From contig MUCR01000006.1 of assembly GCA_002816455.1 (NCBI GenBank), forward strand, positions 11,148 to 75,147: a stretch of 64,000 nucleotides of DNA, read 5' to 3'. Below are positions 18,613-27,257 of the stretch, in pieces. This DNA comes from SAR202 cluster bacterium Io17-Chloro-G4. Its GTDB lineage: Bacteria; Chloroflexota; Dehalococcoidia; Lucifugimonadales; UBA3495. The stretch's first letter is position 1. The number at the start of each line of letters is the position of its first letter. The translations under genes were made by a program, and so were the position numbers. Below the pieces are notes generated by a model. The model was not told the origin of the DNA, made no database searches, and saw nothing but the letters and a program-made list of their open reading frames with translations.

Positions 18613-20046
18613 ATGTCCAACACCGATCTCCTACAAATGACCATTTCCGAGTTGGCGCCTAAAATCCACAGCAAAGAAATTTCGCCGGTTGAGCTCACCG
18701 AAGCGTCCCTGGCCGCCGCCGAGACGCTGCAAACCGACCTGAACTCTTTCATTGCTATCCTTCACGATAGGGCCATGGATCAAGCGCGGGAAGCAGAGAC
18801 GGACATATCCCGTGGCGATTACCGGGGTCCTCTCCACGGCATACCCATCGGCTTGAAGGACAATCTGGCGACCGCCGGCATAACCACTACTTTGGGCACC
18901 AAAGTGCTGGCCGACCATGTGCCGGAGGAAGACGCTGAGGTGGTCCGCCGTTGTCGCGATGCCGGAGCAATAATCATCGGGAAAGAGAACTTGGAGGAGT
19001 TCGCCGCCGGGGCAACATCCAACAATCCCCACTTCGGGGCGGTGCATAATCCTTGGGGATTGGACCACATTCCCGGCGGGTCCAGCGGCGGCGGCGGCGC
19101 CAACGTTGCCTCCGGGGTTACGTTTGCGTCTCTGGGAACCGACTTGGGCGGGTCCGTGAGATTGCCGGGAACCTTCTGCGGTGTTGTAGGCCTGAAACAA
19201 AGCTTTGGTCGGGTCAGCCAGCGGGGATTGTTGGTCACCAGCTTTAACGGCGATCACATCGGCCCGATGACTCGCTCGGTGGCTGACAGCGCTCTTATGC
19301 TTCAAGTCCTGGCGGGCAACGACCCCTTGGACCCCAGCACGGTTCCGGTTCCGGTGCCTGATTACAGCGCTCATCTGGGAAAGGGCCTTAAGGGACTGAA
19401 AATGGGCGTTCCTTCCAATCACTATTTCGACATGCTGGACAGCGAGGTAGAGGAAGCAGTGCGAAGGAGCATTGCGGCATTGGAAGAGTTGGGAGCTGAA
19501 CTTCAAGAAGTCAGTTTGCCATCGATGGAATACATCGGGGCCTTGCGTATTTCAGCCATGGCTGACGGCATAGTAACCCACGAGCCTTTTATCAAGTCCA
19601 ACCGGGAAGATTACGGGCCCGACACGCTGTACCGCACTATCCCAGGCCAATTCGTGCTGGGCAGAGACTATTCCAAGTCTTTGAAAGTTCAGCGTCTAAT
19701 CCAAGAGGAATACGCCCGGGTCATGCAGCAAGTGGATTTTTTGATTACCCCGACGGCTCCGGTGCCAGCGCCGCGCATCGACGCTAAGTACATCACCATG
19801 GACGGGGTAGAACACCGAGTAAGGGGACCGGGCTCCAGCTTGATTTCTCGGAACACCAGCCCGCTAAACGCCATCGGGTTGCCTGCTATCACCGTTCCCT
19901 GCGGTGTCAATAAATTGGGCCTGCCTATCGGGGTCCAGTTTATTACCGGCCCCTTTGAAGAGAGTCTGTTGTTCCAGGTGGCGGACTGCTACGAAAAGGT
20001 ATCGCCCAGTCAGGGCCTTCGCCCCAAGGTAGCGGTGGGAACATAG
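18613..20046 (+). CDS. Amidase-signature enzyme (GatA/AtzE-like amidase)
   Basis: 477 aa. GGSSGGGGANVA...GTDLGGSVRLPG.FCGVVGLK...GRVS signature. Confidence 0.85.
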   Translation: MSNTDLLQMTISELAPKIHSKEISPVELTEASLAAAETLQTDLNSFIAILHDRAMDQAREAETDISRGDYRGPLHGIPIGLKDNLATAGITTTLGTKVLADHVPEEDAEVVRRCRDAGAIIIGKENLEEFAAGATSNNPHFGAVHNPWGLDHIPGGSSGGGGANVASGVTFASLGTDLGGSVRLPGTFCGVVGLKQSFGRVSQRGLLVTSFNGDHIGPMTRSVADSALMLQVLAGNDPLDPSTVPVPVPDYSAHLGKGLKGLKMGVPSNHYFDMLDSEVEEAVRRSIAALEELGAELQEVSLPSMEYIGALRISAMADGIVTHEPFIKSNREDYGPDTLYRTIPGQFVLGRDYSKSLKVQRLIQEEYARVMQQVDFLITPTAPVPAPRIDAKYITMDGVEHRVRGPGSSLISRNTSPLNAIGLPAITVPCGVNKLGLPIGVQFITGPFEESLLFQVADCYEKVSPSQGLRPKVAVGT

Positions 20047-20090
20047 AGGGTCGCAGTATTTTTCATCTGAATGACAAGCCTACAAGACTC

Positions 20091-20366
20091 CTCCCTTATC
20101 ACCCCGAGTGGAGCGAGGGGTCTCAGGGCTAGGCTGAACCTATACACGAGATTTCCTGACGCAGTCGAGGACTCGCCATGGAGTCGAAGCCTCATCGTTT
20201 CGCTCATCGGAATGACAGACTTAGAAAAACTGCTCCCTTGTCACCCCGAGTGGAGCGAGGGGCCTCAAGGCTAGGCTGAGCCAATATACGAGATTCCCCG
20301 ACGCAGTCGAGGACCCGCCCCGATGCCATCGGGGGAGCCTCATCGCTTCGCTCACCGGAATGACAA
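20091..20366. repeat. Two tandem copies of a MITE-like element, family B
   Basis: Copies at 20091-20218 and 20234-20366 (period about 143 bp). Each runs ctcccttRtcaccccgagtggagcgagggg...acgagatt.cc.gacgcagtcgaggac.cgcc...cctcatcg.ttcgctca.cggaatgaca, with imperfect terminal inverted repeats. Confidence 0.8.
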
Positions 20367-20471
20367 CGGGCGTCGCTCGGTCGGCTATCGATTACCGTGG
20401 TAGAATGTTGCGGTTCGAAAGTGGGAGCATAAATGCTTCCAGTTACTGATTAACGAAATTGGAGGGTCGAC

Positions 20472-21197
20472 ATGCCACAGAGTTGGGTGGACATCAACGT
20501 TAATAACGAAAACATGGAAGGGTACCTGGCCCGGCCCGAAGGGGAGGGCAGGAGCCCGGCGGTGATAGTGATTCAAGAGATTTGGGGGGTCAACTCCCAC
20601 ATCCAGTTCCTCACCGACCGCTTTCCGGCGCTGGGCTACGTGGGATTGGCCCCGGCCATGTTCCACCGCGACGGCCCCATGACCATGGGCCTTCACGAAG
20701 AGATGGAGACGGCCGTGGCCCGGATGGGCCGCTGCACCGATGTCGGCATCATTGCCGACGTGCAAGCAGCGGTGGACTACTTGAAAGCCCAGTCTTTTGT
20801 GGATTCGGACCGCATAGGCATCGTGGGATTTTGTTTCGGGGGCCGGGTGACTTATCTGGCGGCCTGCACCGTCTCCGATCTTAAAGCCTCGGTGGTCTAC
20901 TACGGCGGATTTATCCCCGTGGCCCGGGGTGACGGTCCTTCTCCCCTGGAGCGCACATCCGGCATTTCGGCGCCGATGCTGGGGTTATTCGGTGAAGACG
21001 ACGCCAATCCCTCCCCCGAAGAGGTGGCGTCCTTCGCTGCCGAGTTGGATAAGCACAACAAGACCTACGAGTTCCATACCTACCCTGGCGCCGGGCACGG
21101 CTTTAATTGCAACGCCCGTGCCAGCTACCGTCCGGAGTCGGCGCGGGACGCCTGGGGCAAGGCCATGGCCTTCTTCGACACCCATCTAAAGGGTTAA
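20472..21197 (+). CDS. Dienelactone hydrolase family protein
   Basis: 241 aa. AVIVIQEIWGVN.HI......LA..GY.. and GIVGFCFGG (nucleophile elbow with Cys). Confidence 0.85.
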   Translation: MPQSWVDINVNNENMEGYLARPEGEGRSPAVIVIQEIWGVNSHIQFLTDRFPALGYVGLAPAMFHRDGPMTMGLHEEMETAVARMGRCTDVGIIADVQAAVDYLKAQSFVDSDRIGIVGFCFGGRVTYLAACTVSDLKASVVYYGGFIPVARGDGPSPLERTSGISAPMLGLFGEDDANPSPEEVASFAAELDKHNKTYEFHTYPGAGHGFNCNARASYRPESARDAWGKAMAFFDTHLKG

Positions 21198-21225
21198 GGG
21201 CTAGTCACCAGCTGTCGAGGGTTAG

Positions 21226-21262
21226 AAAGGCCCCCGCCGCCGAGCTGCGGTGGGGGCCTTTC
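21226..21262. terminator. GC-rich hairpin between convergent genes (probable terminator)
   Basis: AGGCCCCCGCCGC-cgagct-GCGGTGGGGGCCT, a 13-bp stem with one G-U pair and weak T tracts on both sides. Confidence 0.5.
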
Positions 21263-21339
21263 CAGTAGGTCGTTTTGTTGCTACTCAGGGTTTTACTTGC
21301 GGTAAGTCTGACGGAATTGAAGACCCTGCTCAATTGCGC

Positions 21340-21413
21340 ACGAGATTTCCCGACGCTGCCGAGGACTCGCGACGGAGTCGGAGCTTCTGTCGCTGCGCTC
21401 CCTCAGAATGACA
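21340..21413. repeat. Partial family B element
   Basis: acgagatttcccgacgctgccgaggactcgcgacggagtcggagcttctgtcgctgcgctccctcagaatgaca matches the right half of the 20091-20366 copies. Confidence 0.7.
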
Positions 21414-21514
21414 TTGGAATATATTGCGAATGTGCTTCAGGCGATTTCCAATCCCGTCTTGGACGATACTATACGTATCTAATCGACATTAGCCCAAGAC
21501 TTCCGCTCGATGCT

Positions 21515-22306
21515 CTACATCACCGACCGGACCACGCCTCCGTCCACTAATATGGTGGTCCCGGTGACGTAGCCGTTTTTCTCCGAGGCTAGGAAAGCCA
21601 CCAAGTCGGCCAGTTCCTCAGGACGGCCAAAGCGGCCCAGCGGGATGCTGGATGAGCGGGCTTTTAGCGCATCTTCTGTGGATACGCCCGTCTCTTGGCC
21701 TCTGGTCTCGAAGATGTGCACCATCCGGTCAGTTAGCAAAAACCCGGGCGCCACGTTGTTAACCAAGATGTTGTCCCGGCCCACCTCATCTGCCAAGCTC
21801 TTGGCATAGGCCACCGCTCCCATGCGGGTGACACCGGAAGTCACCAGGTTGTCGATGGGCTGGTAGACGGTGCTTGCCAGGATGTTTATGATGCGCCCCC
21901 AAGACTGCTTTTTCAGGTGGGGCACCGATTCCCGGCTCATGCGGATGAAAAAGTTAAGAGCCATCTGTATGGCTTGGTCCCACGTTTCTTCCGTGGTGTC
22001 CAAAGCCCGGCCTTCCGGGGGACCGCCGGAGTTGCTAACGACGATGTCCAACCGGCCAAAGTGGTCCACCGTTGTTTGGATCAGGTTTTGGATATCAGGC
22101 AAGCGGGAAAGGTCTCCCGGCACCGTCAGGACCTCGGCGTCAGTGGCGGTGCGGATTTCCTGAGCCGCCGTTTCCAAATCCTCGGTGTTCCGGCTGCAAA
22201 TGGCCACGTTGGCGCCCTCTTGTGCCAAGGAATATGCGCACGCTCTCCCCAAACCTTTGCTGCCGCCGCCGATGACCGCCACTCTTCCCTTGATGCCTAG
22301 GTCCAT
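21515..22306 (-). CDS. SDR-family oxidoreductase (FabG-like)
   Basis: 263 aa. Cofactor motif VIGGGSKGLGRA, NSGG, and a Y...K catalytic region. Confidence 0.9.
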   Translation of the reverse strand: MDLGIKGRVAVIGGGSKGLGRACAYSLAQEGANVAICSRNTEDLETAAQEIRTATDAEVLTVPGDLSRLPDIQNLIQTTVDHFGRLDIVVSNSGGPPEGRALDTTEETWDQAIQMALNFFIRMSRESVPHLKKQSWGRIINILASTVYQPIDNLVTSGVTRMGAVAYAKSLADEVGRDNILVNNVAPGFLLTDRMVHIFETRGQETGVSTEDALKARSSSIPLGRFGRPEELADLVAFLASEKNGYVTGTTILVDGGVVRSVM

Positions 22307-22482
22307 TGTTCTCTCCTTAGGCCTGATTTAAATCCCGAATTTTCGCTCCGGGATTGCCTCATCCTACCAACGGTACCCGGCGGCGGCAACCCGGTGACTA
22401 GAGCCGGTGTCGAAAATAGGTGCCCGTGGTAACATACCCTCGTTCCGATTACAGTGGATTAAAAACCTACCTTGGGGGAATT

Positions 22483-23574
22483 ATGACTATATCCGGGATG
22501 GGCGTGGTTTCTAGGAAGGCCGGTGAGCCGTCCCAGTTGGAGGAAATCATCTTGGAGGAGCCGGGCCCTGGTGAAATCTTGGTCCGTATCCAGGCCAGCG
22601 GCGTGTGCCATACCGACCTGATGTACAAGGAAGGGAGAATTTCCGACGAGTTTCCTTACCTGCTGGGCCACGAGGGAGCGGGCATCGTTCAGTCTGTGGG
22701 CGAAGGCGTGACCACCCCGGCGGTTGGAGACTATGTGATCCTGGCCTGGCGGGCTCCTTGCGGCCGGTGCCGATTTTGCCAATTGGGACAGCCAAATTTG
22801 TGCTCCGCCAGCCTAAACGCCCAACCACGCATGACTACCAAAAGCGACGGCAAAGCGCTGAGCCCGGCATTGGGCATCGGTACGTTTTGCACCCACACCG
22901 TGGTGTCAGCCACCCAGGCGATTCCGGTGCCGACGGAGTGCCCACCGTCCCAAGCGTGTTTGATTGGCTGCGGCGTCATGACCGGGGTCGGAGCGGCGTT
23001 ATATACGGCCGCCGTCCGCCGGGGCAGCACGGTGGCAGTTTACGGTTGCGGAGGTGTAGGTTGCAGCGTAATTATGGGCGCCAAACTGGCCCGAGCCGGG
23101 CAAATAATCGCCGTGGACATTGCCCAGAACAAGCTTGACTGGGCGCAGCAGTTCGGCGCCACCGACTTGGTTGACGCCAGCAAAACCGACCCGGTCGAGG
23201 CGATAAAGAACCTGACCGGCGGGAACGGCGTGGACTACTCCTTCGAAGCCGTCGGTTCTCCTAATACACTGCTGCAAGCTCTCTGGTCTCGGGATTTGGC
23301 GGGCACTTGCACCTTAATAGGGGTCCCTGACCCGGCTATGAAAATGGAATTGCCCATGCTCCAGTTTTTCGGGCTGGGCGGCTCATTAAGAGTGAGTTGG
23401 TACGGCGACTGCTTGCCTTCTCGGGATTTCCCGCTGCTGGCCAATTGGTACATCAACGGCGAACTAGACTTGGACCGGGCGGTAACCCGCGAAATCGGGC
23501 TGGAAGACGCTGAGGCGGCTTTCGATGCGATGGAGCGGGGAGAGACACTGCGGTCAGTTATCCGGATTCCGTAG
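22483..23574 (+). CDS. Zn-dependent alcohol dehydrogenase, S-(hydroxymethyl)mycothiol dehydrogenase-like (class III-related)
   Basis: GVCHTDL...EFP.LLGHEGAG.V.SVGEGV, C..C..C......C, GCGGVG, and the C-terminal WYGDCLPSRDFP...GE.LRSVI. The ATG at 22483 (SD GGGGGA) is preferred over the tracked GTG at 22420. Confidence 0.85.
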   Translation: MTISGMGVVSRKAGEPSQLEEIILEEPGPGEILVRIQASGVCHTDLMYKEGRISDEFPYLLGHEGAGIVQSVGEGVTTPAVGDYVILAWRAPCGRCRFCQLGQPNLCSASLNAQPRMTTKSDGKALSPALGIGTFCTHTVVSATQAIPVPTECPPSQACLIGCGVMTGVGAALYTAAVRRGSTVAVYGCGGVGCSVIMGAKLARAGQIIAVDIAQNKLDWAQQFGATDLVDASKTDPVEAIKNLTGGNGVDYSFEAVGSPNTLLQALWSRDLAGTCTLIGVPDPAMKMELPMLQFFGLGGSLRVSWYGDCLPSRDFPLLANWYINGELDLDRAVTREIGLEDAEAAFDAMERGETLRSVIRIP

Positions 23575-23583
23575 ATCGGTTTT

Positions 23584-23608
23584 AGCTGTCAGCGGTCAGC
23601 GGTCAGCT
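23584..23608. repeat. Heptamer tandem repeat, family D (GTCAGCG)n
   Basis: agctgtc agcggtc agcggtc agcttt, starting 10 nt after the ADH stop codon. Confidence 0.7.
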
Positions 23609-23676
23609 TTGGTCGACCGTTAGTATGCGTTTCCAGTAATTGGGATTAGTTTCAGGGACAGGCTATCACGTGAGTA

Positions 23677-23705
23677 TTGACACCCGCATAGCCCAGACTT
23701 ATGCT
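23677..23705 (+). promoter_or_regulatory. Candidate sigma-70-type promoter
   Basis: TTGACA (23677-23682), 17-nt spacer, TATGCT (23700-23705), about 100 nt upstream of the CDS at 23802. Confidence 0.45.
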
Positions 23706-23801
23706 GACGAAAATTTCCCGACATCTGTAACGTTTGGTTGATCTACACGGCTACCTCAACAGTTAATCAGAGGCGGCCGACCGCAATCAATTGGAGACGC
23801 A

Positions 23802-24644
23802 TTGAGTAACGCAGACCGGATGATGGAAGGGGCTATGGACATTCACGTCCACTTCGCCCCGGACCCAAAGGTGGAGCGGCGGGGCAGCGCCATAGACGTA
23901 GCCAAGCAGGCCAAGGACATGGGCATGCGCGGGCTGGTGCTAAAAAGCCACGAATATCCCACCCATCCCGTCGCTTACACGGCCAGTCAAGCCGTCCCGG
24001 ATATCACCCTGATTGGCGGGGTTGCCTTAGACCTAGAGGTTGGCGGGCTGAACCCCTTGGCGGTTGAGTCCACCGCCAAGATGGGAGGCAGGGTAGTTTG
24101 GATGCCTACATATTCAGCCCGGGCCGACCGGCAACGTAAGGGTTTGGACGGTGGCATCTGCCTCCTAAACGACAATGGCCAATTGGTGCCCGAGATCTTC
24201 GCTATTTTGGAGCTAATCAAAGCCCACGATATGGTGCTGGCCACCGGTCATATTTCCACCGAGGAGAGCATGGCATTGGTGGCCGAGGCGCGTAATATTG
24301 GCATCAAGCGGGTGGTGGTCACCCACGCTACAACCATGGCTTTCTGGAACGGAATGACCGTGGAAGACATGAAAAATTTGGCGTCAATGGGGGCCTACAT
24401 CGAGCACTGTCTGCACGTCATGATGCCCTTGACCAACCGTATGCCACCCAAGGAGTTGGCGGAAACCATGGCAGCCATCGGCCTGGAGAATTGCATCGTC
24501 AGCAGCGACTTTGGCCAGGACCACCATCCCATGCCAGCTGAGGGGATGCGGATGGGCGTGGCGACTCTGCTACAAGCGGGGATGGAGGAAGTGGAGATTG
24601 GGTTGCTGGTGAAGGACAACCCATCGCGCCTGCTGGGAATTTAG
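23802..24644 (+). CDS. Amidohydrolase-superfamily (TIM-barrel metal-dependent hydrolase-like) protein of unknown function
   Basis: 280 aa. Possible metal ligands are DIHVHF near the N-terminus, ATGH, VVTHA and SSDFGQ. TTG start with GGAG upstream; ATG alternatives at 23820 and 23823. Confidence 0.6.
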   Translation: MSNADRMMEGAMDIHVHFAPDPKVERRGSAIDVAKQAKDMGMRGLVLKSHEYPTHPVAYTASQAVPDITLIGGVALDLEVGGLNPLAVESTAKMGGRVVWMPTYSARADRQRKGLDGGICLLNDNGQLVPEIFAILELIKAHDMVLATGHISTEESMALVAEARNIGIKRVVVTHATTMAFWNGMTVEDMKNLASMGAYIEHCLHVMMPLTNRMPPKELAETMAAIGLENCIVSSDFGQDHHPMPAEGMRMGVATLLQAGMEEVEIGLLVKDNPSRLLGI

Positions 24645-24697
24645 GTTCCAACGGGGCCTGATTCGGACTTGATACGTGAGTCCGGTCTAGGCTCGTT

Positions 24698-25064
24698 CCG
24701 CTCGTCCTGGGCCCTTCGACTAACTCAGGACAGGCTTGTCGAAGGATACCCATCGTTGGGTGTGCTTAGGCGGGACCCAGCACCTATGCGGCAACCAGGT
24801 ATCGCTCGTGGTGGGATTTCAAACGACCTAACTCACCTTAAACATGGCGATGGTTCGACAAGCTCACCACGAGCGCAAAATTTCGACCGTTCGTCCTGAG
24901 CCCTTCGACTAACTCAGGACAGGCTCGTCGAAGGATGTCCATCGTTGGGTATGCTTAGGCAGGTACCACCTCCCACCCCTGAATCAAGTATCGATCGTGG
25001 TGGGATTTCAAACGACCTAACTCGCCCTAATCACGGCTGGGGTTCGACAAGCTCACCACGAACG
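24698..25064. repeat. Two tandem copies of a ~178-bp composite family A element
   Basis: Copies at 24698-24875 and 24887-25064 (period 189 bp). Each runs ccgYtcgtcctgRgcccttcgactaactcaggacaggctYgtcgaaggat...atcgtggtgggatttcaaacgacctaactc...ggttcgacaagctcaccacgaRcg. A third copy is at 36616-36794. Confidence 0.85.
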
Positions 25065-25074
25065 TAGTCACTAA

Positions 25075-26619
25075 CTACCTGCAGCAGGAGAACGTGACCT
25101 CAATCGCTTTGTCCGGACCCAAGTTATTTGTATCCACCTTGGTCCAGTGGGCGATGCGGTACCCCACCACCCAGGCGATGCCCCGCTCGGTGACTAGCAG
25201 GGGCACTCGTTTGCGCCAATCCCTAGGGATCCCAGCGTCGGTGAAGAAGTCCTGCAACTTTTTCTTACCAGCCAAACCCAATGGATGAAATCGGTCTCCC
25301 GGTAGCCAATGCCTCATCCGGAATTGTTTTCCAATCGCCTCACGGTCGAAGTAGGCCGTCCAAGATTCACTCCCCAAAACCGGCGGGGGGGATGCAGATG
25401 GTCCGCCCTTGAAATCGATTTGGCTGGAGTCAACCAAGCGAAAAGCGATTTCCCAGGCCCCGGATTTTACAGTTATCGGGTCGCCGCTTTGTGGCGCCGA
25501 CTGAGGTGCTTGGTCTTGGTCTATTTTCGGGAATGGGCAAGGAAGGCTGGGCTCCCGGGACAACCTTAGATAATTATATGAGCGGTGCAGCTTCAGGCCG
25601 CCCGGAAGGTCCAAGCTGCGGCCAGCGGGTGATGACTGAACCAGCCCGGCCATGGCTTCTAAGTGACGCTGGCTCAACCTGCGGGTATCTCCAGCGATAT
25701 GGCTGTAAGCCTTGCGCAATAGCAGTTTTTGTAATGCCGGGTGAGCCTGGGCTAATTCCGGTTGGCGGAAGTCCACCCCGCCGTTGGTTTCCATGGCAAC
25801 TTGGCCCCACAACCGGTTGGTCTCTCCATCCATGTAGTCCAATTCCAATGAGGTTGTTTGAGACAGCCGGACCAACGCCTCGCGAACCTTGGGATTGAAC
25901 TCGGACTCTAAAAGGGGCAGCAAATTCAGGCGAATCCGGTTCCGGGTAAAATCGGGCAAGCTATTGCTGCTGTCTTCCCGGTAGTCTTTGCCCAACTCCC
26001 GGCAATAACCAAGCGTGTCGGCCTTGGAAAGGCTCAGAAGCGGTCGAAACAACATGAGTCCGCATTCTTCATTGTGGCAGGGATTGGGGTGGCAGGGATT
26101 GGGCCAAGGCCACGGAGAAAGTTCTGTCATGCCCCGGAGGCCACTGGCGCCAGAACCTCGCATTATGTGCAGCAGTATGGTCTCTGCTAGGTCATCGGCT
26201 GTGTGGGCCACGACCACCGCTGTGGCGCCAATTGTCCCAGCCACCTGGGCTAGGAAACGGTAGCGGAATTCTCTGGACGCCTGCTCAAGGGAAGAGATGC
26301 GCCGCCCCTTCCGGTAGGCCAGCACGTCACCTTCTTCAATCGTCGCCTCCAGCCCCAATTCCCGGGCGAGGTCCAACACGAACTGTGCGTCTCGGTCGGA
26401 CTCGTCACCCCGCAATTTGTGATTCAGGTGGGCCACGTGGAGGCGAAGGCGGTGGGCGTCCTTGATGCGAGAAAGGCAATGAATCAAGGCAGTAGAGTCG
26501 GCGCCCCCGGACACACTGACCAGTAGAGAACTATCGTTGCCGGAATACCCGGCCCGGCGTAGGGCGGCGGCCACCTCCGTGTCGAGCCTATCCGTGCCCA
26601 ACTTTACCATGGCGGTCAA
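25075..26619 (-). CDS. tilS: tRNA(Ile)-lysidine synthase
   Basis: 514 aa. PP-loop VSVSGGADSTAL, HLNH.LRG..SD.D, and C-terminal TilS substrate-binding domains. Confidence 0.85.
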   Translation of the reverse strand: MTAMVKLGTDRLDTEVAAALRRAGYSGNDSSLLVSVSGGADSTALIHCLSRIKDAHRLRLHVAHLNHKLRGDESDRDAQFVLDLARELGLEATIEEGDVLAYRKGRRISSLEQASREFRYRFLAQVAGTIGATAVVVAHTADDLAETILLHIMRGSGASGLRGMTELSPWPWPNPCHPNPCHNEECGLMLFRPLLSLSKADTLGYCRELGKDYREDSSNSLPDFTRNRIRLNLLPLLESEFNPKVREALVRLSQTTSLELDYMDGETNRLWGQVAMETNGGVDFRQPELAQAHPALQKLLLRKAYSHIAGDTRRLSQRHLEAMAGLVQSSPAGRSLDLPGGLKLHRSYNYLRLSREPSLPCPFPKIDQDQAPQSAPQSGDPITVKSGAWEIAFRLVDSSQIDFKGGPSASPPPVLGSESWTAYFDREAIGKQFRMRHWLPGDRFHPLGLAGKKKLQDFFTDAGIPRDWRKRVPLLVTERGIAWVVGYRIAHWTKVDTNNLGPDKAIEVTFSCCR

Positions 26620-26627
26620 CGGCCTCT

Positions 26628-27257
26628 CTATCGGTTCTCGGGGGACAGGTGAGCCGTGGAGTTAAAGCTGCTCATACGACGGCCTCGCTGATCGATTTCC
26701 ACCGTGCAGATGGAACTCAAGCTGAGAGTCATGGCGTGAAAGCTTGTAAGGGGCATGTCCAGGATCTTGCCGATCAAGGAGCGGATAGCGAAATTGTGAG
26801 ACACCAAAATCAAAGTTTCGTCTGGGGTCTCTGTCTGAAGGTGCGCTTGCTCCAGCTCGACTAAGGCACTCCAAGCCCGGTTTTGAAGTTCCAACAGGGA
26901 CTCGCCGCCGGGCATACTGACGCTGGAAGGGTCCTCCCGCCACGCAGCGAACACTTCAGGCCAGCCTTCACGCATTTCTTCTCCAGTCACCCCTTCCAGG
27001 TCGCCAAGGCTCAACTCTTGGACGCCCGGAACCTCCTTAACGGCCTTGCCGCTCAGCCGGGAGATCTCCTGGGCCACCTGCATGGTGCGCTTTAGCGGGC
27101 TGGCGTACACCACCGAATGCTGCCACTTCACCACTGCCTTGGCCGTCTCTTCAGCTTGAGACAGACCCCTGTTGTTCAATTCAATGTCATGCCAGCCTTG
27201 GAATTTACCCAACTTGTTCCACTCGGTTTCACCGTGGCGTACCAGCACCAACTTCAT
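26628..27257 (-). CDS. Histidine phosphatase (phosphoglycerate mutase-like) family protein
   Basis: 209 aa. LVRHGETEWN...G..D..L...G..QA motif. Its start overlaps the upstream gene's stop (ATGA). Confidence 0.8.
   Translation of the reverse strand: MKLVLVRHGETEWNKLGKFQGWHDIELNNRGLSQAEETAKAVVKWQHSVVYASPLKRTMQVAQEISRLSGKAVKEVPGVQELSLGDLEGVTGEEMREGWPEVFAAWREDPSSVSMPGGESLLELQNRAWSALVELEQAHLQTETPDETLILVSHNFAIRSLIGKILDMPLTSFHAMTLSLSSICTVEIDQRGRRMSSFNSTAHLSPENR

Noticed and set aside
18229-20046. Annotation as canonical gatC-gatA of the tRNA amidotransferase.
   Set aside because: There is no gatB, the small ORF is only 60 aa whereas GatC is usually about 95 aa, and glnS is present in the window. 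I kept it as a generic GatC/AtzG-like plus amidase pair.
22331-22355. Inverted repeat AATCCCG-N11-CGGGATT between the divergent SDR and ADH genes, considered as an operator.
   Set aside because: It is only 7 bp, there is no adjacent regulator, and it could equally be a chance or 5'-UTR hairpin. Too weak to call.
24499-24899. Tracked ORFs 24499..24753 (-) and 24669..24899 (+). Similar small ORFs lie in 20010..20274, 36570..36767 and 61519..61767.
   Set aside because: They are composed almost entirely of family A or family B intergenic repeat sequence, so they are pseudo-ORFs.
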